The notes under the pieces are model-generated. The model made no database searches and was not told the origin of the DNA. It saw only the letters and a list, made by a program, of their open reading frames with translations. Position numbers and translations under genes: made by a program. Shown here one piece after another: positions 1 through 12,600 of a DNA stretch of 64,000 bases (positions are counted from its first letter, which is position 1; each line of letters starts with the position of its first letter). This stretch comes from Nymphaea colorata (taxonomy: Eukaryota): positions 8,432,001-8,496,000 of the forward strand of contig NC_045138.2 in assembly GCF_008831285.2 (NCBI RefSeq), given 5' to 3'.

Positions 1-449
1 GCTGCTTGGAACTGAAGACAAAACCTCTTCATTAATTTCATGTATAAAGAATTCACAAAATCATTGATTGTGGGAAACAACCCACTCTTGCAGATAGAGC
101 AACTGTTTTCAATTAGAGAGAGAGAGTGAGAGAGACAAAAAGAGAGGGAATGTTTAGTTCCAAGATAAAACATGAATTTGTTTGTTCGGATTGCATGCTT
201 GTCGTTCAATTGTTGTACTCGTTCTTTGGGGCAATATTGTTTTGAACCTCAGTGATTCAAAACTTGACCCTATGTTCTTTGACTCTTGATTTGGCAGGTC
301 CAACTCTGTGACCAAGGCAGGTTTTGTTAGCTATCTGTCGAAAGAAAAACAATATATAACTTGTCATTTAAACACAAAAATGGTTGTAAGATGACTTGAT
401 CATACGTGTAACTCAAGATCAATTAATTAGCTTAATATCAAGAGATAGG

Positions 450-700
450 AGAAATAGGGACAATGCGAGCTCAAGCATGTGGAACAATGATGCAATTTCC
501 AGAGCCCAATGGTGTCTCTACATATATGGCCTATAAAGGGAAACTCCTTTTGCAAGATCATCTGCAACAGCTTGGTGCATCCCTTGTTAACAGATGCAAT
601 CTTTACAATGAGCAGTTGGAGTCCTCTCTCACATTTTTTTTCTAGTTCAAATGGGCAGCATGCAAGGGCATAGATAAATGGAGGCTCCATGAGGTATACG
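450..700 (+). pseudogene. Decayed L1-type LINE ORF2 C-terminal (zf-RVT-like) fragment
   Basis: Translation AYKGKLLLQDHLQQLGASLVNRCNLYNEQLESSLTFFF fits the plant L1 pattern KL.T.D.L...G..L.NRC.LC...ES..H.FF; stops and frameshifts present. Confidence 0.55.
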
Positions 701-771
701 TCCTACAGAGCCCATTCTCTGAAAGCTTAAATAAGTTGTTGAACTTACGTGGATCTGGGTCTAGTTAGGAT

Positions 772-1027
772 TAGGGGTGGGCATCGGGCTGGGCCGGGCC
801 GGCCCGATCCGGCCCGTCGGGCCGGGCAGCCCGGCCTGGCCCGGCCAATTTAAAAATAAAAAAATTTTTAAATAATAAAATAATGTTTTAAAATATAAAA
901 TATATTTAATAATAATAAATATATATTATTAAAACAAAAAAATTAAAAAATATATATATTTTAAACTTAAATGGGCTGAACTGGGCTGGGCCGGGCCGAC
1001 CCGGGCCCGTACCGACGCCCACCCCTA
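772..1027. mobile_element. hAT-type MITE (256 bp)
   Basis: TIRs TAGGGGTGGGCATCGG / CCGACGCCCACCCCTA (1 mismatch); 8-bp TSD GTTAGGAT at 764-771 and 1028-1035; GGCCC-rich subtermini and an AT-rich core. Confidence 0.9.
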
Positions 1028-1644
1028 GTTAGGATAGACCCATGAGACCCGAGAGGTTACCCCCATATCCAATTGAAAATTTGTTAACTATATGCATAGT
1101 GCCCCACAAAAAAGGATTTCTGGCTCCCCCTAGCAGCGTGTTGCTGGAAGTTCTTAGAGATGAAATTCAACATGAAGTTTAGTAGAATGGGTTTGACCAA
1201 AGAGGCTCTTAGATGGTGGTGAAAGAGGAAGTTCCAACAATGTTTAGTAAAGTGCTTGAATACAATTAAAGTATCCCTATACATCAAACGTAGGAAATGC
1301 TGCATCATGAAATCGCCTATCAATATTATCTGAATAGATCCACTACTTAAATGTCCAAGGGCTTAAAATTTCTCAAAACCACAAGCTCAATTCTCCAGAA
1401 TTACTTTAGTTCTATACTTTTATTGATAGATTATAAATACAAAAGATACTCTTGCAAAAAATGGTTTAGACTTTAGATCAGGAGCTAACATGCATTTGAA
1501 CCACGAGTCCCAACATTCTTTGAAACGCTCACACCAGTCCCAACATTCCCTAAAACTCCCATTGGTATGTTTGCCAAAGTACTAAATTAAATTTTTGAAT
1601 TTACGTGGTGCTACCTCAATACTTGTATGGACAAAAAAGTGTCA

Positions 1645-1646
<2 letters not shown>

Positions 1647-1680
<34 letters not shown>
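1647..1680. repeat. Poly(T)34 tract
   Basis: Direct reading of the sequence. Confidence 0.95.
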
Positions 1681-2069
1681 CTATTTTGGTCTCCATGTAA
1701 AATGGAAATTCAAAAGATCCTTCTATTGTCCTAACCCAGGAAAGGCATGAAGCTTACTGTAAGACTATGTCCTGGCCTATGGCCAAGGATAACGGGGTCT
1801 GGCCGGCCAGAGATGGCTGGTCTGGCCTGGACAACAATGGCCTGGCCTGACTAGGAGAGATTGGCATGAATATGCCATGGAAAAGGCAATTACTTGGTTC
1901 CAAGACAGCAAACGGCGAGCCATAAGTCAGCAACAGCAGCCAGTCTAAAATTTATGGTAGACCAGAAATTTTGGTGTTCCTCCCTTCGGGCACAAAGCGG
2001 TCTCCTACAACACCTATATAGGAAACTGGTAGGGTCTGCCTAAATGTGACTACGAAAATGGTAGGGTCT

Positions 2070-5000
2070 TGTTAGGATCTACACCGGTTGGCCTAGAAAA
2101 GCCCGAACCAAATGCGATCCTACCTTCCCAGGACCTTCTTGAGGCCTTGGTAGGGTCTTGCCCGTGGCCGACCTAAGTCTGAAACCAACGGCCGTGCCTA
2201 CCCCCACGATCACCTTGGACCAACCAGAAGACTTCCTAGACAAATTAAAACAAAGACACTACCCAGTCAGACAGGACCCCGACTTAGAAAATCTCGGATA
2301 GGTAGCGGAATACAGGAGAGGTTATTCCCAAACCCAAGCAAAACCTACTACACAAATCTAAGAGATGTGAGGCTAATACAAGTGGAAGCGATACATTTGT
2401 TAAAAATCACTCAAACTCACTCAAACAAACCATGCAAACCAAACCTAATCGAATCAAACCACACCCACCCGTAGGAGGCTAGTGCTGGCACGAGGTCGTG
2501 TCCTTGGCGCAGTGCCGCGGAGGTCCCTCTATGCACAACTACGACCTCACGGTCGGGCTGAAAGCAAAATGCAGAAATAAGTGCTACCTCCCGCGTAACT
2601 AAAGAGAGGAATAGAATGTACCGGCCAAGGCTAGCTTGGCTAAGCAGTCAAAAGCCTCGAGGTGAGATTCCACACTCGAGGACTATCAGCAACACGAAAG
2701 AACGGGGCTGGCGCAGAGCTGGAACTCCAAAAGGAAGAGGCCGGGCGTGAAGACAAGCCACTCCAAGAGACGCGTGAAGTAGGATCACCTCGCCGGAATC
2801 GCCTAGGAGCACTTCAACGCCTTGCTGGATGTCTGGGGGACCTTCTGGAATCCACGCCGGAGAGTCGCCGGAAAAAGAGCAGAGGTGGCCGGCGGTGGCC
2901 GCAGGTCGCCGGAAAATGCTGGGACAAGGCCCGCCGGTTCCAAAGACTTCAAGGATGCGGCTAGAAACGCCGCGGTCTTCCTTGGCGCTAAGGTTGAAAC
3001 CCACTAGGCGCGGGACTTGGACTGAGTGGGTTCGGACCAGGTGGGCCAGGGCTAGGTTCGGCCAGCGAGCTAGGTCATAGGTAGAGTAGGCTAGGTAGGT
3101 CCTATGGTTAAAGTCTTAGGTTGACCGGGTGTAGGGAAGGGTCTCAAGCGAGGGTTCCTACAAAGTAGCTAGGGTAGGTTTGAGTAGCTCGGTTTAGGCT
3201 AGATGCGAAAATGGAAATAGGAAATGCAAGTGGTAACTAGGTAAGTTCGGGTAAGCTTGGGGTAATTAGGTAGGGATAGAGTTGGCTAAGAATGTGGAGG
3301 ATATTCCTTGATGGAATTGTCCTCCAAGATGCTAGGCTAGGTGGCGTTCTAGAAGGGCTATCTCCCTAATACGTAGGAGAGAGGCTAGGGATCTTGGTGA
3401 GGTGTCTAGGTGAGGTGGCGATTTGGCTGGTGAGGTGTGAGGCTGATAATGATCCTAGCTAAAGTGGGATATGAGGTGGCAGATCACAAGGTGAGCAGCC
3501 ACCTACGAAGTAGGAGAAGATCTCTCAAAAGAAAACTCGCCCCTTCCAAATGTGATCCACTAGCTACAAGCTAGGGATGTGGAGGATTTCACTTCAAGGT
3601 TCTCTCTCAAGTGCTCCAGATCATGCCACGTGTACAGATGTGTGGTGGAGATGGCGAAGGGCCCAAGTCAAGCAATCACTTACCGATTTGGGTGAGACAA
3701 ATGCGGAATCCCCAAATGTGACGACGCAAGAGTGCTTTCCCCAAATGTGGCCGGATTTTCCCCAATTGAGGCCGGAATCTCCCAATTGCACCAATGGATA
3801 ATTCGAACACTTGCTGCCCTGGCTGGAGTGATGCCGGAAACAATGCAGCAGTGGCCGGAATTAGACAATTCCGGCCAATTTCTAGAACTGGCCGCGCCTA
3901 GTCCTCTTGCCGATTCCTTCTTTCTATTGCTTTAATTTTTCATTCGGGCGTCTTTCTTTTTCTTTTCTTTTCTTCTTTGTTTTCTTTCTGATTTTTCTCG
4001 CCCTTCTTTTCTGTTTTTCTTTCTGATTTCGGCCAGCAAGAGGGAGGACAAGGCAGTGGCTAAATCTGGTCTTTCTTTGCTCAAACGAACTCAAACGATC
4101 GAACGAAACTCATAATCAAACGACAATAACAAGAGGAAGGTGCGTGACTCGTAAAATCGAGTTTAAGGAATATTTCCACCGTGGGAAAGGCTAGCTTGCT
4201 GGCTGTGATTCTAGCCAGAACTCCCCTTGGCTGAACTCTTCCCTATACTCTCTCAACGCCGTTGCACGCCCCTAATATGGAGTGGATACTTCACCCTTCT
4301 AGTCGCCTAGAGGATGAAGTCTTCCCAGTACGAAGAGGCCTCTAACCTTCACGGGTGGAGACGTGGAGGCTGCACCGCTATCGTTGATGAAGACGTGAGG
4401 AACAAATCCGTGGGAAGAAGCACCTTGCGCCAGACGCTTGGAAACTCTTCATTTGGCTAACCCTTCGGCTGAGTGATTAGGGAAGAAGAGAAGAAGAAAT
4501 CAAGGCTAAGAGAGAAGAATACCGTCGGGTATAGCTGCTGCTGCTTGAGGAAATCCAGCAATGGGTACCGAAAATCCCCAAATGTAAGACGGAGGAAGAA
4601 GAACGTGGCTTGGAGAGGAGGCGCGCGTGAGAGGGAGAGAACTCGAGTAGAGGAGAAGAGAGAGAGTCGATTCACACAAATGACTTCTATTTCTCAAATT
4701 TTTGCATACAGATCCAAATGAACTCTAAATATTTATAGTACTGAATTAAAAAGCGGATCCAAACAATTGATCCAACCCAAAATCAAAATCCAAAACGGAA
4801 TTGAATACCAAAGCAAATGCGCACTCTAAAATCAAAGATAACGCAAGCAAACTCAAACTCGAGACTTAGTGTCTCGACCCTAACTCGTCCTCTCCTTAGC
4901 CCGCACGCTGTGGGCCTTGGTTCAGACCAGAAATTCGCCTAGGCTCGCCCTAGGCTGACCCTAAGTGCATGGGTATAGCGAAGACCTAGGCTGGACTAGA

Positions 5001-8000
5001 CCGGACTCGGACTTGACCCCCTTCGCCTTGGTTCTCAAGAGCCTCGCTTAGAGCCGTTGCCTCTCCTCCCGCTCCTCCCTCGGCATCGATTCTAAGCTGA
5101 ACATGATCAGTTTGTAAGGTCTGCACCTGCTGCACTACGCCTCCCTTTCGACTCAGCCTTGGGTCATCTTGGCCTTGTAGGACCTTAATCGCATGAAGGG
5201 CGGCTTTGCCCCGTGCCCTTTTGCTGCTCTCAGCGACATCAGTGGCTGCCCTCGGCCGCTCTGCAGGTTGACCCGTATTAGGCCTATTCTAAAAACCAAA
5301 AATCCTAAGCAATTAAATACACAAAGCTACCCGGCCGGACAGGACCCCGGCGCAAACCCAAATAGGTAAGGAATACACGAGTGGTTTACTCGTTCCCAAA
5401 AAAACCTATCTACGGTCAACCTAATACAAGAAACTAAGACGGTTGTTGAGGCCTTACAAAACGTGAGCGATACAATTATAAACTCTCACAACTCACTCAC
5501 AAACCATGCAAACCACGTCTAACGGCCAAACCACACCCAACAAAAGCAAATAGGTGGTTGACTCCTTGTAGTCGTGTCTCGGCACAGTGCCCTCGAGGTA
5601 CCACAGAGAGGAGCTTGGCCGAAGCCTGGGCTAAAACAAAAAACAGAAAGCAAACTAATATGCTGCCCTAAAACAAACAAAAACAAATCCCGCCCGTCGC
5701 TACAAGGGGGAGAAGAATATACCGGCCAAGGGAGACCATTGGCGTAGCTGGATAAAGCACCCGGGGTGAGAACCAACCCCCGGGTATTGCAGCTCACTGT
5801 TCGTAGAAGGCCGGTTGTGGAGAGCCTCCTCGGAAGTCTGCTGCTCACGTGCGGGTTGCTGGCCGGAGGTAGCTGGACGAAGAGTCGCCCGCTGGAAGTC
5901 TGGCCGACGTGCTGAGAGGAAGCCGCCTGTTGCTGGTCAAGAACCCGTACTGTCGCTGGTCGCCTGCCTGCCTGTCGGGAGGGAGTAGAGCGTCGGGCTG
6001 TCTGCTGAGGCCGGCTGGATGATGCTGATGCTGCCGCTATCTGTCGCGCAAGGACTTGAGGGTCGCCGCTGGACGAGCTACGTGCTGCGCTGAAGGTCAA
6101 CCGCTGCGAAGGGCGCTCGACGTGGAGGGGTCAGCTGCCGATGGCCTACGCCTGGACTGGCGGTCAGTGGAATGCGGGACCGCGGATGGTGGCTCGCTGT
6201 CGCTGGCGAGGAGGGCCGATTGCTGCTGTGCGCATGGTGCTGACTGTTGCCGACGGGGAGAGCGCTGATGCTATGGCCGAAAGGGCCGCCTGAGTGCCGA
6301 GGGGGCCTGCTGCCGGGACGACAGCGCCTACCTACCTGCTGTCGTGTGTGGCTTGGCCACGCTCGCCGGTGGATGCCGACGGTAAGGGACGCGGCCGAGG
6401 CAAGGGCCGGTTGGAACCGGCGAAACCTAGTCCTAGCTAAGGCTGGGGCTGGCTCGGTTCGGCTGGGCTCTAATGGGTGTTCGGTCTGGTCAAGATGGGC
6501 TCGGGTTGGGGTAGGCTAGGAAGAGAGAGGGTTTAGGTGCGGAATGGGTGACCTAGCTATGAGGTGGGTTCACTTGGGCTGACTTGGGCTGAGCCTAAGC
6601 TCGCAGGTTTGGTCAAAGTTGACCGAGTGAGGTAGGGTTGACTACGATGGGTGTTGACTAAGGGACCTAGCGTAGTGGGTCCGGGTTAAGTGGGTCAAGG
6701 GTCACTCGAGGTAGGCTCGAGCCGACTAGGTTAGTTTGAACGGAAGTGGGCTCAGTTGGGAAGAATGTTCCTAATTTTGACTAAGGTGAGGGAGTGATAC
6801 CGGGTTAGGTAAACTTGGCAATGAGGGTTGACCTAGGTGACGTGGCGGCGCAAGAGGGTACCTAGTGGGGTCGGGTTGACTTGGCTGGTCTTGCCAAGTG
6901 GAGTGCCGGGATCTTGCCACATGGCAAGATGGACGGATGGACAAAGATACGCGGGAGAGACTTCACGCGATAAGGAAGGGAGTGAGGAACTTTCCTAAAC
7001 GGTAGGAGGGAAGTCCGAAGGGAATCAAGAGGAATTCGGACTTGGATTCTGATCTTCTTCTCGGTATCTCTCAGGGATTCTCTCGGGTGCTGGGATGATG
7101 CCACGTAGGGAGGATGGACGACCAGGGATTGACGCGGTTAGGGGATGGATGCGAATTCGGAAAGGAGGGAATGACACGTGGATTACTTGCCTAATCCGAT
7201 GGAGTGAAGACGTGTGAAGGGAGAGGGGGTTGACCGCGTGGAGCTGGCTGGACGACGCGTCAAAACGCGTGGGACCGGGTTGACGAGCTGGAGGGCAGGC
7301 TGGGGAGTGAGATGGCGTTCGGATGAAGGAGATTTGGACAGCTGGTGAGATGGAGGGTGGAGGCGAGATTAGGGTTTAGGGTTGACTCGGGTAGAAGACG
7401 CGAGGAAGGGATGACAAGCGGCGGCTGCGGTCTTACCTAAATGATTGGAGGCTCGAGATCCTAGAGTGATCTCGAGCAGGGACACGTGGAGGCCTGGGGT
7501 GGTACGAGGTAAGGAAGGTGACCAGATGATGACACGTGGAGAAAATCAACGGAGGAGGATGGAGACATGTGTACTAACCTGATGGAGCCGGCGGCAAGGA
7601 AAGGGAATCTCACACGGGCGGCAGCTAAGGTTTCGATTTCCCTACTAATTGTCCAAGATGCCCTTCTCGGATCTGAACAGAAGTCTCGGAATTGAAGGGT
7701 ATTCTGGTCTTCTGGTGCCAGGAACAACGGAGTTGGCCAGAGGTTGCAGGAAAAGGCCGGAATTGCATAAGAATCCGGCGGCTGGCCGGGATCACTTTCC
7801 CACCGCCCGAATTCACCGATTTTAGCTTATTTGAATCTACGGCGCCGGGCGATTTCAATGAACTGCTGTTAGTGTCCAAGCCACGTCCAGATCTCGAGTT
7901 TTGTGGCCTATCAAGCTGTTGGAACAGGGCACTAACAGAGAAGGAACCGAGTGTTTACTTGTTCGTACGAGGGCTTCTTGCCGATCGGTTCGAATTGATT

Positions 8001-9218
8001 TTTGTTGGATTAGTCCTAGAGATTATTCGAGTTTCCCCAAACCGTGTAAGGGATCTTTTAAGGCCACTTTCACTGTTATTCTCCAAATCACTCTCGGGGA
8101 CGCCGAGGGTGGATTCAGGAATCCGAATGAACTCTGCCATAAAGTATCTCAACACAACCTTTGGCGAAATCACGAGAATCAAAGAACTAACCTCATGTCG
8201 CCGTTGAAGCCGAGGGGATCCGCGCCTTCAACCTTCCTTGTACCAGCTTCAGCCTCTCCACTTCTACGTGTTCAAGAAGAGGGCACCGAGACCTGGTTTT
8301 CGAGTTGATGTAGGGGAACTAACCGTGGACAAAGGAGGGACCGCCGCCGTGGAAGAGGAGATCCGTCGATGCCTTCGCTGCCTTATGCTGTTGTCCTAGG
8401 GACGGTGGCTCTTCAAGGGCTGTTTTGGAGTATGGAAGCACCGTGGAGGAAGAGGACTCGAGGGGGGAGAGGACGCCTAGCTCTCGGGTGAGCAAGGTGG
8501 GAGACGAGAGAGAGAATAGAGAGACCTCGAGAGAGGAGAGAGAGTGAAACTCGACAAATGAATTCCTTAATAAAAAATTGCTTACAATCAAAAGGATCCA
8601 AAAACATATGTACAATCTTGTTTTGAGACGGGTTTACAAACCTAACCCGCTCCTCTAATCTGATCCACTACTTAACGCGCCGAGCACACCCCGCTCGGCC
8701 TAGGTCGCTTATTCGATTCCTATTATAATAAAAAAAATGGCTAAGTGCTGAAAGTTAAAACCGGGCCTAGTGCCCAACACCGAAATCAAAAGAATCGTCC
8801 CTGAGCCTTTTGATCCCAGGGCGGGGACCTCGTGTGGGTTGCCGCCCACACTTCGGTTAAGTTGCATGGGCTAAGTCTGAGTGACTTAGCCAAGTGCCTA
8901 GGATTCTAGGTCTTTAGAACGGCTCAAGCGTCTAGGGTACTCGGACTCACATTTAGGTCTGACTCGACTAACGCGGTGAGCCCAACAGTTAGCTCAGAAA
9001 CGCCTTGAGGCTTGTCCCGTTTGAGCACCTCTTCGGATCTAGTTGCTCCTCCCACTCCTCCCGCTGCAACCGGTAATGGTGCTTCATTAGCCTCCTTGGT
9101 AGAGTCGTCGACGTGCTCCATGGTCTGAGCCCACAACTCAGACGCCTTGCGCTTCAGCCGGCTGGGTCCTGCCTGCTTTGTCGGCCTTGGGTCTGGACCA
9201 AGTGGTTGGTCCGTAACA
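2070..9218 (-). mobile_element. Solo LTR, family A' (about 4 kb net), interrupted by solo LTR B
   Basis: TGTTAGG...CCGTAACA termini; TSD GGTCT (2065-2069 / 9219-9223); homologous throughout to LTR 9664-13627. Confidence 0.9.
2148..5280 (-). mobile_element. Solo LTR, family B (3133 bp), nested in A'
   Basis: TGGTAGGGTC...GACCCGTATTA (terminal CA mutated to TA); TSD GGCCT (2143-2147 / 5281-5285); host LTR sequence resumes exactly after the TSD; minus-strand TATAAAT at 4731-4737. Confidence 0.88.
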
Positions 9219-9663
9219 GGTCTGCCCAAATGCAGCTACGAAAATCTCCAAGATGCCGTCGAAGACCCTCTCCAAGATCTACGAGGAGGTTGCCGACAAA
9301 GGGGTTTAAATGTTAAATACAAAAGTGGTTCCCGCCGGACAGTCACCCTGGCTCAATAATAAGACAAGATAGTACAAGAATGGCTTCTCTAATCCCGACT
9401 TGATCCTACTACAAATGACTAGAATAGGCGTGAGGCTTATTACAAAGCGCAATGATACATCAAGCACTCTCCTCGCTCAACATACATCAAACCATTCAAA
9501 TCACCCTGTCATACAATCTCTACTCGGAACAAACCACACCCTTATCTCTAGGTGGTCTACAACCCGGAAATTGTGTCCTTGGCAATGTGCCTTGGAGGGA
9601 TTCCAGCGAGTTGTTAATGCCAAAGGCGGTGTTAGGACTTGTCCGACTTAGACCCTTCTAGGC

Positions 9664-12600
9664 TGTTAGGAGCGACACCGATTGGCCTAGAAAAGCGCGA
9701 ACCAATGCGATCCTAGCTTCCCAGGACCTTCTTGAGGCCTATTCTAAAAACCGAAAATCCTAACCAATTAAATACAAGAGACTACCCGGCCGGACAGGAC
9801 CCCGGCGCAAACCCAAATAGGTAGGAAGTACACGAGCGTGTAACCCTTTCCCAAATGCCTATCTAAGGTCAACTTACTACAATAAACTAATAGGGACGAA
9901 AAGGCCTTACAATTCACGAGCGAAACAATTGATACACTCTCAACTCACTCACAAACCAAGCAAACCATGCTAACGTCCAAACCACGCCCAACAAAAACCA
10001 ATAGGTGGTCGGCTTCTTGTAGTCGTGTCTCGGGCAGAGTGCCCTCGAGGTACCACAGTGAGGAGCAAGGCCGAAGCCTGTGCTAAAGCAGTAAAAGGGA
10101 AAATAAACTACTATGCTCCCTAAAAACAAAAGCAAAACCCTTCCCGATGCTACAAGGGGGAAGAGGAAGATACCGGCCAAGGGATATCCTTGGCGTAGCC
10201 GGATAGGTGACCCGAGGGGAGAACCAGCCCCCGGGTATTGCAGCTTATGGTTCCGGAAGACCTGCTGAGGAGAGCCTCCACGTAGCCTGCTGCTCAAGTG
10301 AGGACTGCCGGTGGGAAGGCCTCGGAAAAGGCTGTCGCTCGCTGGAAGCCGGGTCGGAAGGCCGAGGAGCAGACGCTGGCTGCTGGGCGCTGCGCCTGCG
10401 TAGCTGCTTGCCGTCTGGCGCTCGGGTGGTGCAGGGCGTCTGGGTTGACCTGCGAGATCCGAACGATGTGGCGCCTGCTCGGGTGCTGGGTGTCGCGAGA
10501 CGAACGCAGGAAGCTGGAGCCGCCTGCTGCCTTGTGCTGCCGATAGCGACCGCCTGTCGCTAGGATGCTCTAGCTTGCGGGACGGAGGCGAGGAGGATGA
10601 GGGAGTGGGCAGCCACCTGCTGCCATGCACCGAAGGCTGGTTACTGCTGGTTGCCAGTAGCGCCGAGGTCGTGGCCTAAAGGGCCGCCTGAGGTTCCGAG
10701 GGGGGCTGCTGTCTAGGCGACATCGCCTACCTGCCTGTCTCTGCTTGGTGGCTCGGCCACGCGCGTTGGGCTGATGCTGACGGAGGATAAGCAGCCGAGG
10801 AAAGGGCCGGAAGTATCCGGCATGACCTAGACCTAACTAAGGCTGGGGCTGGCTTGGTTCGGTAGGGCTCTAACGGTGGCTTGGTCTAGTCAAGACGGCT
10901 CGGGCTGGGGTAGGCTAAGGAGTCACGTGGGCTAGGGCGCGGAAAGGGTAACCTAGCTACAGGGTGAGCCTGCTTGGCTTGGTTTGGGTTGAGCCTAAGC
11001 TCATGGGTAAGTGGTCTCCGTTGACCCAATGGGGTAGAGGGTTGACTAAAAGGGGGGTTGACTACTGGACCTAGCTTAGTGGGTCTGGGTCAAGGGGTCA
11101 CTCGAGGTAGGCTTGAGCCAACTAGGGTAGCTTGAGAAGGAAATGGGCTCGGTAGGTTCAATGCTTCTTAAATTCGTCTAAGGCAAGGAGGGGAGTGGTG
11201 GGTTTGAACAAGGGCGAGAAGAAATGAGTTGCCTAAGTGAGGTGGTGGCGCAAGAGGGTACCTAGGTAGGTGGGGTAGGGCTTAGCTGGTGTTGCCAAGT
11301 GGAGGCACCGGATTCTTGCCACGTGGCAAGATGGAGGAACACGACAGAAGACGCTAGAGATGCTTCTAGCGATAAGGAGAGGGTGAGATTTCCTTCCTAA
11401 GCGATAGGGAAGAAATCACAAGGAATCAAGAGAAATTCGGGAGGGGGATTTCGAATTCCCTCTCAATGTCACTCGAGATCCCTCGGGCTCTAGGATTGGG
11501 ACACGTGTAGAAGATGTGAGGTGGGGATTGGCTGCGGATTTGGCGAGAGGGCTGCGGATTGGTGGGTGGCTACAAAGATGGGAAGGAGGTGAGGTGGCCC
11601 TGATGGTTTCCTAAAACGGAGGAAGGGAAAGCGCGTGAAGGGGAGAGGCTTACCGCGTTGAGCTGGAGGGCTGCCGCGTGAAGACACGTGGTACCAGGCT
11701 GGCGAGGTGGCTGGCGAGCTGGCGGGGGAGGTGGCACTCAGAAGAAGGAGATTATGACAGCTGGTGAGATGGAGGGCTGAGGCGAAACCGGGGGCTAGGG
11801 TTGACTCAAAAAGAATACGCAAGAAGGAAAAAATGATGCGGCGACTAGAATGTTTCCTAAAATGTTGGAGCTTGAGATCCTAGGCAGATCTCGGGTGGGG
11901 ACAGGTGGGGCTAGCTAGGGCAGGGACTCAGGAGTGCTGCTGGATGGGTGACACGTGGAAATCTGAACGGATAAGATGAGGAAGAGATGGACTTACCCAG
12001 ATGAGGCGAGCGACCAAGGTGGAGAGCTCCAAAGGCGCCGGCAGCTAGGGTTGGGTCCTTCGTCCAGTTGCCAGTTTTAACCTTATCAGTTTTAAATAAA
12101 AATGCAATGAATGAAGGGCAAAAGGGTCTACTGCTCCGATATCAATGGAGGTCGCCGAGAAGTGCAGTGGCTACCGGAAAGATGTATTTTTTCGGCGAAC
12201 GGCCGGAATTGCTTCTCATCGGTGAAATTCGCTCGTCATTGATTATTTTGAATATCTTTTCGAGGCGAATCCGATGAGCTGACTTTCAACCTCAAATCAA
12301 GGTCAGAGCATTCACTTTTTATTCTTTTTTGGCTACTGGTCCGAGATCTATAGGGAAGAAACCGAGCCTCTAGATATTGATTTTTATGGCTCTTCTTTCG
12401 TTAAAACAGAACCAAATCTACTACGATTAATCCAAATGATAGACCAAGTGCGCCGGGACATGTAAGGGTATATCTAGGCACGTTTTCACCGTAGATCCCA
12501 GCCCTACTCTCGGGTATGCCGAGGGAAGAACTTCAGACTGATGAATCTGTGCCTAGATGGAACCCAACACCACTCTCGTCGCACGAAGGAGGATCAAGTG

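Noticed and set aside
1647..1680. Poly(T) as a retroposon tail
   Set aside because: No TSD or recognisable SINE/LINE body is adjacent.
7369..7383. TTAGGGTTTAGGGTT as an interstitial telomere
   Set aside because: Only two units, inside an LTR; at most a telo-box.
9914..10630. 238-aa and 193-aa (5519-6100) ORFs in LTR U5 as extra genes
   Set aside because: GC-rich; frames not conserved between A and A'; broken by deletions in the other LTR.
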